From: a virus
IMG/VR virus record: IMGVR_UViG_3300044534_000090
DNA: 64,000 bases
Direction: 5' to 3' (one strand)
Below the pieces are notes generated by a model, which was not told the origin of the DNA, did not search any database, and saw only the letters and a program-made list of their open reading frames with translations. Shown one piece after another: positions 10,011 through 20,495 of the stretch. The position numbers were made by a program, and so were the translations under genes. Each line of letters begins with the position of its first letter. Positions within the stretch are counted from its first letter, which is position 1.

Positions 10011-10417
10011 CGCTCATCGGGGCCCTGGACGACGCGCAGGACGAGGTTTCGGCCGACTTCATGCGTTTCTTCCACATGCCGCTGTGGCAGACGCCGCCGC
10101 TACTCGCGGCGTCGTGGGTCTCGGTGATGATGAAACAGCCCGAGTCGTGGACGTACCGGAAGCTCGATCCGGAGTGGACATGGTCGCCGGAGAATCAGCT
10201 TCGCGCCGCCGCAGTCGATGAATTGCGGATCGCGAACTGGCAGCGCACCGACGACGGGCACAACAACCGGAATCAGCCGGAACCGATAGCACGCCCGGGA
10301 TCCGGGAACTATGTGAAGCCCGGGGACCGGCCGAAGGCCGTCGAGATCGAAGAGCTTCAGGAGATCTTGGCGCGTCCGCGAACGGCTGTCGAGCACGGCG
10401 ATTCCGTGCACAAGTGA
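9998..10417 (+). CDS. Tail assembly chaperone GT extension via -1 frameshift
   Basis: XXXYYYZ heptamer CCCAAAC 9998-10004 in frame; -1 frame open to 10417 (KLLTLIGALDD...). Confidence 0.75.
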   Translation, partial: PKLLTLIGALDDAQDEVSADFMRFFHMPLWQTPPLLAASWVSVMMKQPESWTYRKLDPEWTWSPENQLRAAAVDELRIANWQRTDDGHNNRNQPEPIARPGSGNYVKPGDRPKAVEIEELQEILARPRTAVEHGDSVHK

Positions 10418-10430
10418 GTGAGGTGTGTCG

Positions 10431-13400
10431 ATGGCCGGCAAGGGCATCAACCTGGGTAACGCCTATCTGTCCGTCTCCCCGTCGTTCTCGGGGTTCGGGC
10501 GGTCCGTCACCAAGGAGTTGGGCGGGGCCGTGTCCCCGGTGTCCCAGAAGATCCATGCCGGTCTCGGCGCCGCGTTCCTCACGGCCGGGAAGGTGGGTGT
10601 CGGCGCGATCGCCAGTGTTGGAACTGCTGTCGCCGGTCTGACGCTCAAGGGTGGCATCAACAGGGCTTTGCAGATCGAGCAGGCCCAGGCGAAACTCACG
10701 GGTCTCGGAATGTCCGCAAAGCAGGTCTCCGGGATCATGAACGACGCCCTCAAGTCCGTCAAAGGGACGGCGTTCGGCCTCGGGGACGCCGCCACAGTGG
10801 CGGCGTCCCTGGCGGCTTCCGGGGTGAAGTCCGGCAAACAGATGCAGGATGTTCTCCGCACTGTGGCCGATACGGCCGCCATGTCGGGGCGTTCGATGAC
10901 CGATATCGGAACGATCTTCGGATCGGTGGCGGCACGCGGCAAGTTGCAGGGCGACGACATGTTGCAGCTTATGTCGTCGGGTGTGCCGGTGCTCCAACTG
11001 TTGGCCAAACAGACCGGCAAGACGTCGGCCCAGATGTCTGACCTCGTCTCCAAGGGCAAGGTTGACTTCAACACGTTCGCCAAGGCCATGCAGTCCGGGA
11101 TGGGCGGCGCCTCTCTGGCGGCTGGGAAGACGTTCAACGGTGCCATGTCTAACGCCAAGGCCGCCCTGTCCCGTCTCGGCGAATCAGCGGCCACCCCCGC
11201 GTTGCACGCCGCAACCCAGGCCTTCAACGTTCTTACCCCGCAGGTGGACAAGTTCTCGAAGGTTGCCAAGCCCGGCATCGACGCGTTCTACAAGTCCGCG
11301 TCCACGGCGTTCGGCTACATGAAGACGTCTGCGTCGCAGGACATCAACGCGTTCACCGCAGCGTTCGACGCCGCCGACAACGACATCACTTCATCGGGTA
11401 TCCCCGGGGTCTTCGAGTTCCTTGGCGGTACAGCCGCCACGATCAAGAAGGACTTCTCCGGTCTGTGGGGAGACGTTGCCGGCGGACCTCTCGGGGACAA
11501 GGCCGTGCAGCTGTGGAACGCCGTCGGGAATGCCCTGACGTCGCTTCTTGGGATGCTGTCGAAGTTCGGCTCCGTCCTCGGCCCTCTCGTCGTCGAGTTC
11601 GCGAAGCTCGCTGGCGGGGCCGTGCTTGGCGCCCTGATGGTCGCGTTCACGGCCCTTCGTCCGATCCTCAACGGGCTCGCCACCGCGTTCCAGGCTGTCG
11701 GCAACTTCGTCAAGGACCACGAGACCGCGTTCCGGGTGCTCGCGGTCACGGTCACCGTGTTCGGCGCCGCGCTCCTGGGACCCATCCTCGCGCTACGCGT
11801 CTTCGTTGGCGTCGTCTCCAAGGTGACGGCCGTCATCGGCGTCCTGAAGAAGGCGTTCGCAGCCATCAAGCTTGCCTTCAACGCCTTCCGATTCCTGTTC
11901 CTGACGAACCCGTTCGGGCTCATCATCGCAGGCGTCCTGGCCCTCGTGGTCGCCTTCATCTACGCATACAAGCATTCCGAGACGTTCAGGCGGATCGTCA
12001 ACTCTGCCCTGTCCGCCGTCAAGAAGGCCGCTCTGGCAGTCGGGTCATGGTTCGCCGGCCCGTTCGTCGGCTTCTTCAAGTCCGCATGGTCGGCGATCAC
12101 GGGGGCCTTCTCGGCGATCGGCTCGTTCTTCGTCGGGATCTGGGACTCCGTCAAGAACGCCTTCAAGGTCGGTATTGACGCTGTCGTCGGTTTCGTCAAG
12201 TCCTACTGGCCCGTCATCATCGGCGTCCTGACGGGCCCCTTGGGGTTCCTCGTCGCGGAGACCATCAAACACTGGGACGCCGTCAAAACGGCCTTCTCAA
12301 CGGCGATCAACGCCGTCAAGGGATTCTTGACCGGCCTGTGGACATCCCTGTCGAACACGTGGGCGTTCAAGGCCATGGAGTCCCTGTTCGTCACCGGGCT
12401 CCAGATCATCAAACTGTCCTTCCAGCTGTTCGTGACCGGGGTCACCATTCTGTGGACCCGGTTCTGGAACGGGCTGAAGATCGTGGCTGGCCTGTTCATG
12501 GCCGGTCTCCGCGCCGTCATCTCCGCCGGCATGTGGGTCGTCCACAACGTCATCATGCCGCCGCTCAACGCGATCCGCTCGGCCTGGGCCACAGCGTGGA
12601 ACGCGATCAAGAAGGTTGCGTCCACGGTGTGGAACGGCATCAGGGCCGTGGTTTCCGCAGTGTGGAACGCGATCGTTGGCTTCGTCATCGTCCGGCTGAC
12701 GGTGATGCGGAACAACTGGGCTGCCATCTGGAACGGCGTCAAGGCTGTTACATCCGCCGTGTGGAATGGCATCTCCACCGTGATCCGAACCGTGTGGAAC
12801 GCGGTCGTCGGCTTCATCGCTGCACGCCTCACCGTGATGCAGAACAACTGGAGCCGAGGCTTCAACGCCATTAAGAATGCCGCCTCCTCGGCGATGGGCG
12901 CAGCCAGGCGCGGAATCCAGAAGGATCTTGACGGCATCAAGGGCGCGTTCTCGACGTCGGTCGGGGCCATCAAGAAGGTCTGGAACGGCCTTAAGTCGAT
13001 CATGAAGGCCCCCATCAAGTGGGTCATCGACAACGTCATCAACAAGTTCATCAGTGCCATCCGCAAGGTCCAGGGCTTCCTGAAAGTCCCTGGGAACAAG
13101 CAGTTCCCGCCCGTCAAGATCCCCGGATTCCGTAAGGGCGGGTATACGGGCGACGGGTCTGCCGACGCCCCGGCCGGTGTCGTGCATGCCGGCGAGTACG
13201 TGCTGACGAAACGGGAAACCCGCCGCATGGGCGGGGCCGTTGGTGTGGAGACGTGGAAGCGTCACGCCCCCGGGTACAAGACCGGCGGGTATGTCGGCGG
13301 TCGTGGAAGGTTCACCCCGAAGTTCGCGGCCGTCATCCAGAAGGCCGCCGACAGCCTGGGAACCACACTTCAGCTGGCGCAGAGGGGGTGGAACCCTGCC

Positions 13401-14531
13401 AACGGTCTGTCCGGCACAAGCCATGCCGGTGACGCGCTCGACGTGTCAGGCGGCGGCGATCTGTGGAAGATCCGTGACGCCCTCCGCAAGGTCGGTGTGG
13501 CCGCATGGGTGCGCGGTCCGGCGCAGGGGTTCTCGTGGCACGTCCACGGTGTTCCGCAGTCGCCGGCGTTCGGCACCGGCCGTGGCTCGGCCCTCTATCA
13601 GGCCATGGACTACCGCAAGGGTGGCGCCGGCCTTCACGGCGTGGGCCAAGCCGACCCGTATTCGCGCGGGTCGAAGATCATTCTCGCCGACGGCTCCAGC
13701 GTCGGCGGCGGCAACCTGCTGTCGGATCTTGCCCAGAAGGCGTGGGACAAGATCACGTCTCCAATCAAGGGGCTCGCCGACAAGTACCTCAAGGACAAGC
13801 CGCTCGGAGAGACGTGGTCCAAGATCCCCGGAATGGTCATCGACAATTCGAAGAAGTGGCTGAGTGAACAGCTCGGCAAGCTCGGATCTGTCGACGGCGA
13901 TTCGAACGACTCCTCCAATGGCGGGTCGGGCGGCATGGAGAAGTGGCGTCCGCTCATCATGCAGGCGATGGCTCGTACCGGGTTCGGCTCTGCGGTCGCC
14001 GACGTGAACCGGTGGCTTCGGCAGGTGATGTCCGAGTCGTCTGGTAATTCGGCGGCCAAGCAGGGTGTCCGGGATGTCAACTCGGGCGGGAATGAGGCCT
14101 ACGGGCTGTTGCAGGTTATCCCGGAAACCTTCCGTCAGTACCGCGACCCGTCCTTGCCGAATGACCGTGGGAATCCGTTGGCGAACGCCGTCGCGGCCAT
14201 GCGGTACACGAAGGCCCGGTATGGGTCGCGTTGGCGCAGTGTGATTGGTCACGGTCACGGGTATGCGATGGGTGGTGACGTGTTCAGGGATGTGATCGCA
14301 CCGGTTGCTGAGCGTGGTCCGGAGATTGTGACGAGCCGGCAGAACCGGTTCTTGTCGAAGGGCTCCCACGTGTACACCGCATCGGAGACCAGGAACATGC
14401 TCGGCGGCAATCAGTCCGCCGTGTTCAACCTGTACGACCAGGACGGCGTGCTGCTCGGCGCGATGTATGGGAAGGCCGTGGATGCGATCGAGGATCGCGG
14501 GGCCATGATGGCAAGGATTGGGGCGCGATGA
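10431..14531 (+). CDS. Tape measure protein with Zn-peptidase-like and SLT lytic transglycosylase domains
   Basis: ~1366 aa, W/F helical repeats; SHAGDALD...WHVH; ESSGN...GLLQVIP.TF. Confidence 0.92.
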   Translation: MAGKGINLGNAYLSVSPSFSGFGRSVTKELGGAVSPVSQKIHAGLGAAFLTAGKVGVGAIASVGTAVAGLTLKGGINRALQIEQAQAKLTGLGMSAKQVSGIMNDALKSVKGTAFGLGDAATVAASLAASGVKSGKQMQDVLRTVADTAAMSGRSMTDIGTIFGSVAARGKLQGDDMLQLMSSGVPVLQLLAKQTGKTSAQMSDLVSKGKVDFNTFAKAMQSGMGGASLAAGKTFNGAMSNAKAALSRLGESAATPALHAATQAFNVLTPQVDKFSKVAKPGIDAFYKSASTAFGYMKTSASQDINAFTAAFDAADNDITSSGIPGVFEFLGGTAATIKKDFSGLWGDVAGGPLGDKAVQLWNAVGNALTSLLGMLSKFGSVLGPLVVEFAKLAGGAVLGALMVAFTALRPILNGLATAFQAVGNFVKDHETAFRVLAVTVTVFGAALLGPILALRVFVGVVSKVTAVIGVLKKAFAAIKLAFNAFRFLFLTNPFGLIIAGVLALVVAFIYAYKHSETFRRIVNSALSAVKKAALAVGSWFAGPFVGFFKSAWSAITGAFSAIGSFFVGIWDSVKNAFKVGIDAVVGFVKSYWPVIIGVLTGPLGFLVAETIKHWDAVKTAFSTAINAVKGFLTGLWTSLSNTWAFKAMESLFVTGLQIIKLSFQLFVTGVTILWTRFWNGLKIVAGLFMAGLRAVISAGMWVVHNVIMPPLNAIRSAWATAWNAIKKVASTVWNGIRAVVSAVWNAIVGFVIVRLTVMRNNWAAIWNGVKAVTSAVWNGISTVIRTVWNAVVGFIAARLTVMQNNWSRGFNAIKNAASSAMGAARRGIQKDLDGIKGAFSTSVGAIKKVWNGLKSIMKAPIKWVIDNVINKFISAIRKVQGFLKVPGNKQFPPVKIPGFRKGGYTGDGSADAPAGVVHAGEYVLTKRETRRMGGAVGVETWKRHAPGYKTGGYVGGRGRFTPKFAAVIQKAADSLGTTLQLAQRGWNPANGLSGTSHAGDALDVSGGGDLWKIRDALRKVGVAAWVRGPAQGFSWHVHGVPQSPAFGTGRGSALYQAMDYRKGGAGLHGVGQADPYSRGSKIILADGSSVGGGNLLSDLAQKAWDKITSPIKGLADKYLKDKPLGETWSKIPGMVIDNSKKWLSEQLGKLGSVDGDSNDSSNGGSGGMEKWRPLIMQAMARTGFGSAVADVNRWLRQVMSESSGNSAAKQGVRDVNSGGNEAYGLLQVIPETFRQYRDPSLPNDRGNPLANAVAAMRYTKARYGSRWRSVIGHGHGYAMGGDVFRDVIAPVAERGPEIVTSRQNRFLSKGSHVYTASETRNMLGGNQSAVFNLYDQDGVLLGAMYGKAVDAIEDRGAMMARIGAR

Positions 14532-16396
14532 CGACAGTGACGCTTCGGGCGCAGTATTCGACGTGGGTGCAGCAGGATCACCCGACGGCGAATTGGTTCC
14601 GGAAGACGGGCTACATGAGCCTTTATGGCAAGAGTGGCCGGTCGAATTTCGGTATCGTATGGTTCGCGAATCCGATTCCGCGCACGGGTGGGAATGTGCT
14701 GCGGGCAACGCTGACGGTGAAGACACGCCGGATCAACGGGTCTGGCGCGTCTCAGATGACGGTCCAGCTGTGCGACGTGTGGTCGGCTCATTTCGGCTCG
14801 GTGAACTGGAACACGCGGCCGTCTGGGAAGCTCGCTCAGGCGTCGCTCAGCAAGTCGAATCCGCTGCCTGATAATCAGACGTGGCAGTTCGATGTGACGT
14901 CGCAGATGCAGGCTATTGCGAATGGCGAGCCATTCTACGGGTTCGTGCTGACCACCCAGTCTCAGCATCAGATTCTGGTGCAGGGGAATATGTCCGCCGC
15001 GCTGGACCCCAGCCTCTCTGTGGAGTGGATCGAGAATCCGGTGCCGCCGGAGGATCTGGCGCCGTCGACGGGGCAGGCTGTCGGGTCTGGCTCGCCGGTG
15101 CTGACGTGGCGGTACCGCGACTATGTTGGCGGGGACGTGCTTGCAGCTGCCCAGGTGCGGACCGGTACGTCGGAGACCACGGTCTCGTCTGCCCCGTCGT
15201 GGGATTCGGGTGAGGTGGCGACCACGGTGCCTCAGCTGGACCTGTCGACTGTCTCGGGCTGGACGGCTCCTGCCGCTGACACGCTGGTGTGGTGGCAGGT
15301 GCGCTGCAAGGACTCGTCGGGTGTGTGGTCTGGCTGGTCTGATCCGGTGAGCTGGCAGTGGCATGCCCGGCCTGTGGTGACGCTGGTGCAGCCTGACGGG
15401 GGCACCTTCTCCGACCCGACGCCGCCGATCCAGTGGTCCGTATCGGGTGACATGCCGCAATCCCGATGGCTTGCGGCTGTGCAGACATTGCAGGGCTCCC
15501 GCTGGGTGACCGTCGCATCGTCGGGTGTGGTGGTCTCGAGCGAGACCTCATGGACGCCGGATGTGGGTCTGGCGACCGCTGGCCGGGTGCGCATCATCGT
15601 GCAGGCATGGGACGACCGGGCCCGCGAGGCGACACCCGGGTACGCCACCTACGGGTCGGTCGTGAGCGAGTTCGATTTCGCGCCGTCGGACACCGTGGAG
15701 TCGGTCTCCAATCTGACGGTGGCCGACATGGCGCCGATGCCCCAGGCGGTGCTCCGGTTCACCCGATCCGAGGTGCCCGACCGCATCGACGTCTACAGGG
15801 ACGATGTGCTGCTGACCCGGCATGAGGGGCTCGATTTCCTCGTCTCCGGCGACGATTACGAGGTGACGGATGCCGCCTGCCCGAATGGCAGGCACACGTG
15901 GAAAGTCTGGGCGATCGTCAACGGCGTCGCGTCGAAATCAAGCGCGGTCACGGCGACGATTCGGCATGCCCCGACGTGGCTCATCGACCCTGAGACTCAG
16001 GAGCGGGTGTGCCTGGCCGGCGACACCGACCACGACATGACGATGCCGGAGACGGTGCAGGAATTCTCCCCCATCGCCGGCGGCCGGAAGGTCAAGATCA
16101 CCACCGCCCAGTACGGCTACGAGGGCACGCTCACCGGCCAGCTTGTGCCATGGCAGGGGATGCCCGAGACGGAGACGCCGCGCCTGTGGCGTGAGCGCCT
16201 CATGGCATGGAAGGCCGACCCCGGCCACAACCTGACGCTCCTGATCGAGGACCTGGACTTCCACGTGGGCATCACCGACGTGAACACGACCAGCATCCCG
16301 GGGCAGGCCGGGCAGATGTTCAACGTCAGCGTCAAATTCCACCAGCTGGACCGATTCATTTTCGGCGCTGATTCGATTCTGGAGGCGCGGGCATGA
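14528..16396 (+). CDS. Minor tail protein (distal tail / baseplate-like)
   Basis: Follows TMP; beta-rich with Fn3-like repeats. Confidence 0.7.
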   Translation: MTTVTLRAQYSTWVQQDHPTANWFRKTGYMSLYGKSGRSNFGIVWFANPIPRTGGNVLRATLTVKTRRINGSGASQMTVQLCDVWSAHFGSVNWNTRPSGKLAQASLSKSNPLPDNQTWQFDVTSQMQAIANGEPFYGFVLTTQSQHQILVQGNMSAALDPSLSVEWIENPVPPEDLAPSTGQAVGSGSPVLTWRYRDYVGGDVLAAAQVRTGTSETTVSSAPSWDSGEVATTVPQLDLSTVSGWTAPAADTLVWWQVRCKDSSGVWSGWSDPVSWQWHARPVVTLVQPDGGTFSDPTPPIQWSVSGDMPQSRWLAAVQTLQGSRWVTVASSGVVVSSETSWTPDVGLATAGRVRIIVQAWDDRAREATPGYATYGSVVSEFDFAPSDTVESVSNLTVADMAPMPQAVLRFTRSEVPDRIDVYRDDVLLTRHEGLDFLVSGDDYEVTDAACPNGRHTWKVWAIVNGVASKSSAVTATIRHAPTWLIDPETQERVCLAGDTDHDMTMPETVQEFSPIAGGRKVKITTAQYGYEGTLTGQLVPWQGMPETETPRLWRERLMAWKADPGHNLTLLIEDLDFHVGITDVNTTSIPGQAGQMFNVSVKFHQLDRFIFGADSILEARA

Positions 16397-17565
16397 TCGG
16401 GCTGGGGCTGTCTGCCGCAGATCAGCGCGTATTCGATCAGGGGCTCACTCGGGATCATGCCGTCTCGGCGACGGTGCGGATCCTGGACATGGATCATCGG
16501 GTGCTCGCGGTGGCCGGGCGTGTGCTGTCGGGGCAGGTGGATGTCGACTCCACCGCCGATGTGGAGCGGTCGTGCTCGGTGGAGGTTCTGGATCCCGACA
16601 ATGCGCTGGGACTACTGGGGACAGGGCCGACCGATCCGCGTATCGTCGCGAATCGTCTCGTGCAGGTCACCTACGACGTCCGCGTGCCGCAGCTCTCCCG
16701 CTGGGTGAGTGTGCCTATCTTCACAGGCCAGATCACGAAGGCCGAGGCCACCGACGGTGGCGGGGTGCAGATCACCGGGAAGGGCAAGGAGTCGCTGCTA
16801 CTGGAGGGCGCCTCCGGTGGCCGCGGCTACTCCTTTCCGCGCGGCGTACGGAAGACCGACATCATCTCGTCAGTGCTGGCCTCCGAGGGTGAGGAACACC
16901 GCCGAATCACCCTGTGGAATGCGAAGACGACAACTGACGTGTGCATTGCCGCGAAGGACGGCAAGTGGCCGACACTCAAGGCGCTGGCACGCTCGCTGAC
17001 GGCGTCGGAGTCGAATTACCCGTGGCTGGGATACGACGGGCGCGGAATGTGCGTGCTGCGCAGTCATTCCAAGGCCGTGAAGTGGACTTTCGGCACGTCA
17101 CAGCTGACGGGCGAGCCGAAGGTCGCTTTCGACACGGACCGGATGCGGAATCTGGTGGTGGCGACCGGCAACGACACCGGCGGTGGGAAGAAGGTGCCGT
17201 CCGGCACGGCCAGGGCGCCGTCCTCGGATGCCTTCTCCGCGCAGGCTCTGGCGCGCGGTGGTGTGCCGCGCTGGGTGCGCGAGGACATCTCCGGGGATTG
17301 GGCGTCGGACAAGGAGTGCCAGAAGGCCGCGAATGAGGCTCTGGCCGATCTTCTCAAGGCCGGGATTGATGTGGAATTCGAGTCGCTGATTGTGCCGCAT
17401 CTGGAGCCGCGTGACGTGGTGCGTGTGGTGACGGACACGTGGATGTGGGACCTCCAAGTGACGAAATTCACGATCCCTCTTGCGGCTTCGCAGGCTATGT
17501 CTCACGGCCGCCACACGCTGGTGGTGCCGAAACTCAAGTATGCGATGAAGGGGCGGACCAGATGA
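16393..17565 (+). CDS. Minor tail protein (hub/Tal-like)
   Basis: Position; PHLEPRDVV motif. Confidence 0.7.
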   Translation: MIGLGLSAADQRVFDQGLTRDHAVSATVRILDMDHRVLAVAGRVLSGQVDVDSTADVERSCSVEVLDPDNALGLLGTGPTDPRIVANRLVQVTYDVRVPQLSRWVSVPIFTGQITKAEATDGGGVQITGKGKESLLLEGASGGRGYSFPRGVRKTDIISSVLASEGEEHRRITLWNAKTTTDVCIAAKDGKWPTLKALARSLTASESNYPWLGYDGRGMCVLRSHSKAVKWTFGTSQLTGEPKVAFDTDRMRNLVVATGNDTGGGKKVPSGTARAPSSDAFSAQALARGGVPRWVREDISGDWASDKECQKAANEALADLLKAGIDVEFESLIVPHLEPRDVVRVVTDTWMWDLQVTKFTIPLAASQAMSHGRHTLVVPKLKYAMKGRTR

Positions 17566-19571
17566 CGGATCAGCTGAGTGGCCGTGTGACGTCGGTGGAG
17601 TCAATCCGGCAGGGCGTGATCGCCACGGCTTGGACCGGGTCCCAGATGACGGTGCTGAATGCGGCCGACATCGACCGGTCCGGCTGCTATCTCACCCCCG
17701 ACGACGGGACGACGCTCTACCACTGCACCGGCGATGTGGTCGACGGCGACGAGTCCGACATCATCACCATGGACTCGCAGCCGCCCACCGACTGGCCGAC
17801 GGGTGGCACTGATGAGGACGGGCAGGCGATTCCCACCGAGGTGCGTCTGGACCTGTGGCCCGAGGTGCTGGACGTGGTGGCCATGGTCGATCCGGGCGAC
17901 GGCGAGGTGCTGCCCGTGACAGTGCCTCACGCGCTGCGTCCGCTACTGTCCGATGGTCTGCGCGGACCGGAGACGATGGAGCAGGTCGTGTGCTCGCGGC
18001 AGGGCACCGGCTGGGTGATCGATGATGTGCTCGGGCTGCGAGCCCAGGTGGGCATGGACGGTCTGTCTGACGCCGTCCAGGTGGCCATCACGTCGGCCAA
18101 CGGCAAAACCACTATCACGCACTCGACCACCTCCCCTGACGCTGATGGTGTGGTGGCCGGGGACACGTGGATGCAGCACGACGGCTCACTGTCGGCCCCT
18201 GTGGTCGGCATGTGGAGCTGGGACGGGTCTGCGTGGGTGGCCTCCGAGCTGTCAGGGGCTGTGCTGGCGGCCATCGACGCCGGGACCATCACCACCGGGG
18301 CGCTGAGTGGCATCGGGATCTACTCTCCGTCCGCCTTGTCGACGCCGCGCACCGAAATTGTGGGCTCGACGCTGCGCACAGTCCGTGCCGGGGGTGAGGG
18401 GGAGGAGATCACCGGCGTGCAGATCGGCGGTGGCACGGGCGATCAGATGATGCTGCCAGCCCCGGACGGCTCCCCGCTGGCCGGATTCGACGAGGACGGA
18501 GACGGCCTGGCGCAGGACATGAACGTCAACGGCACGCTCACCATCGGCGGCGAAACCCTGGATGACATCCTCGACCCTCTGCCGCGCGGTGTCATCGCAC
18601 GTCAGAAGCTCGGCTCCACCGCATCCGGGAACGGAATCAAATTCCAGTCCGAGCTGGGCTACTACGGAATAACCTTCGACGCCCCAGCAAACCGGCTAAT
18701 CCACGTGGAATACCATAGCCTGTGGCGCGGATACACTGCTGGCAATTATGAATTCAGGCTGCGATATGAGCGCACTTTTGATGGGACAACGCCCCCGGTG
18801 CCAACCGTGAATTCGATTCAGGGTGCATTTGTCGCCTATTCTGGCGTGTCGGGCACGAATAACGTGGACATTGACTACTGGTGGTTGCCGAGTAGCAGTG
18901 ACGCGACGGTGAGGATGCTGCTCACAGCGAAGGGGACCTCATCAGGCGCGAACGGAGACATCTACACCGGCGACACATTCACCGGCAATTTCACCGCCAC
19001 CGACTGCGGCACATATACCGCTATCGATGACGGCGAATTCAACACCGGCGGCGGGTCGCCCTACTCGGGTGCTGTGTCGGTCCCCACAGTCCCGGCAGTG
19101 AAAACTTACACTAAATCGTGGAATGTGGCCGCGACCCGCACATGGCGCGGGTCCACCGCCGTCTCTGGAAACCTGATGCAGGGCTACTACGGCGGGTATC
19201 AGCGCTACGGTCTGTGGCTTTTCGACGGGTCGCCGTCGTCGGCCGTTGGAAATGGCACTGTGACCGGGGCATGGCTCACGATCACCAACGTAGATTTCTC
19301 GATGAATCCGGGCGGCAACGGGACGTTGAGGCTCGGGCATTTCGACTCGACAGGGCTTCCTGGATCACCGCAGACATCGGGTGGTGGCGCAGTGTCTGTG
19401 GCGATGAAGGGCGGCCAGAAACTTAAAATCACGCTGCCCGCCGGATGGAGGACCGGGCTTGGGACCGGCGCGATCAGGGGATTCACTCTCGGAGAGGGTG
19501 CGGGGACCGGCACCGCATTCTACGGGCATTTCTCGCCGTCGGCCGTGCTCACTCTGCAATACCGGAAATGA
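17562..19571 (+). CDS. Tail fibre / receptor-binding protein
   Basis: ATGA coupling at 17562; GDTWMQ..W.WDGSAW motif; G/S/T-rich C-half with visibly lower GC. Confidence 0.7.
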   Translation: MTDQLSGRVTSVESIRQGVIATAWTGSQMTVLNAADIDRSGCYLTPDDGTTLYHCTGDVVDGDESDIITMDSQPPTDWPTGGTDEDGQAIPTEVRLDLWPEVLDVVAMVDPGDGEVLPVTVPHALRPLLSDGLRGPETMEQVVCSRQGTGWVIDDVLGLRAQVGMDGLSDAVQVAITSANGKTTITHSTTSPDADGVVAGDTWMQHDGSLSAPVVGMWSWDGSAWVASELSGAVLAAIDAGTITTGALSGIGIYSPSALSTPRTEIVGSTLRTVRAGGEGEEITGVQIGGGTGDQMMLPAPDGSPLAGFDEDGDGLAQDMNVNGTLTIGGETLDDILDPLPRGVIARQKLGSTASGNGIKFQSELGYYGITFDAPANRLIHVEYHSLWRGYTAGNYEFRLRYERTFDGTTPPVPTVNSIQGAFVAYSGVSGTNNVDIDYWWLPSSSDATVRMLLTAKGTSSGANGDIYTGDTFTGNFTATDCGTYTAIDDGEFNTGGGSPYSGAVSVPTVPAVKTYTKSWNVAATRTWRGSTAVSGNLMQGYYGGYQRYGLWLFDGSPSSAVGNGTVTGAWLTITNVDFSMNPGGNGTLRLGHFDSTGLPGSPQTSGGGAVSVAMKGGQKLKITLPAGWRTGLGTGAIRGFTLGEGAGTGTAFYGHFSPSAVLTLQYRK

Positions 19572-19574
19572 GGA

Positions 19575-19919
19575 ATGATGGCTGATTTGGATACCGCTTT
19601 TAAAATTGTGCACGCCGACTCTTTCGCCGGGCTTCGAGGGCAGATCGAGATGGGCATGTGGCTGGTGGCCCGCGACAGGCTCGCCGCCGGAGTCACCGGG
19701 GCCGAGCGTGACAATGCGGTCCGCACCCTCATGGGTGGGTCGCCTGCCATCGACGTGGCGGTCCGCACCGTGGCCACCGACATGACCATTCAGCAGCAGA
19801 TCATCGACGCCGGCTACGAGCTCGACGACGCCGCGTTGACCGCATTCCTGGCGGACAGGTGGGGACAGATGGCTGGTGTCGTCGCCGGAGACCTCACCAT
19901 CGCCGGGGCCGGGGAGTGA
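19575..19919 (+). CDS. Hypothetical protein (tail region)
   Basis: RBS GAGGA; 114 aa. Confidence 0.6.
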   Translation: MMADLDTAFKIVHADSFAGLRGQIEMGMWLVARDRLAAGVTGAERDNAVRTLMGGSPAIDVAVRTVATDMTIQQQIIDAGYELDDAALTAFLADRWGQMAGVVAGDLTIAGAGE

Positions 19920-20021
19920 GCCCGAATGAGGCGCTGGCTCGCAGGCTGTGGACGGCTGGACATGCTCACCGGGCTGCTGGCCGTCGCCACTATCACCATG
20001 ACCTACATCAAGTGAGGCACT

Positions 20022-20405
20022 GTGCATTTCACACCGGACCAGATCGGGGCGGCAGTCGGGGGGCTGATCATCATGCTGGGCGCACTAGCAGCGGTCATCG
20101 CGAAGGGCTGGCAGGCACTCGCGGACATCAGGGGCGAGGTCAAGCACGATCACGGCTCATCAATGAAGGATGCCAGCGCCCGCACTGAGGAGAAGGTGGA
20201 TTCGCTCGGCGCAGCGATGCACTCCGTCGAGACCGCTGTCGGCGGTATCCGCGACGAGCTGCGGATCATCCGCCGGGATGGCGCGCAGACCCGCGAGGAG
20301 GTCGCTCATATGCGCGACTCGGCCGAGGACACTCACCGGAACCTACGTGAAGGGCAGGAGCGCCTCAGTGAGCGGCTCGATCGCCTCGGGCCAGACCAGC
20401 CATGA
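20022..20405 (+). CDS. Membrane protein of the lysis cassette
   Basis: N-terminal TM plus coiled coil; HGSSMKDAS shared with 52500-53066. Confidence 0.6.
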   Translation: MHFTPDQIGAAVGGLIIMLGALAAVIAKGWQALADIRGEVKHDHGSSMKDASARTEEKVDSLGAAMHSVETAVGGIRDELRIIRRDGAQTREEVAHMRDSAEDTHRNLREGQERLSERLDRLGPDQP

Positions 20406-20495
20406 CAGCCATCCCGCACGGGCACTGCACCGGCCAGGTGTGGGTGTGCGGCTGGGACATGCACGAATGCGAAACAAATCAGGAGGACGAATCAG

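Noticed and set aside
19926-20015. 29-aa hydrophobic ORF before the lysis cassette
   Set aside because: Too short and weakly supported to call without homology.
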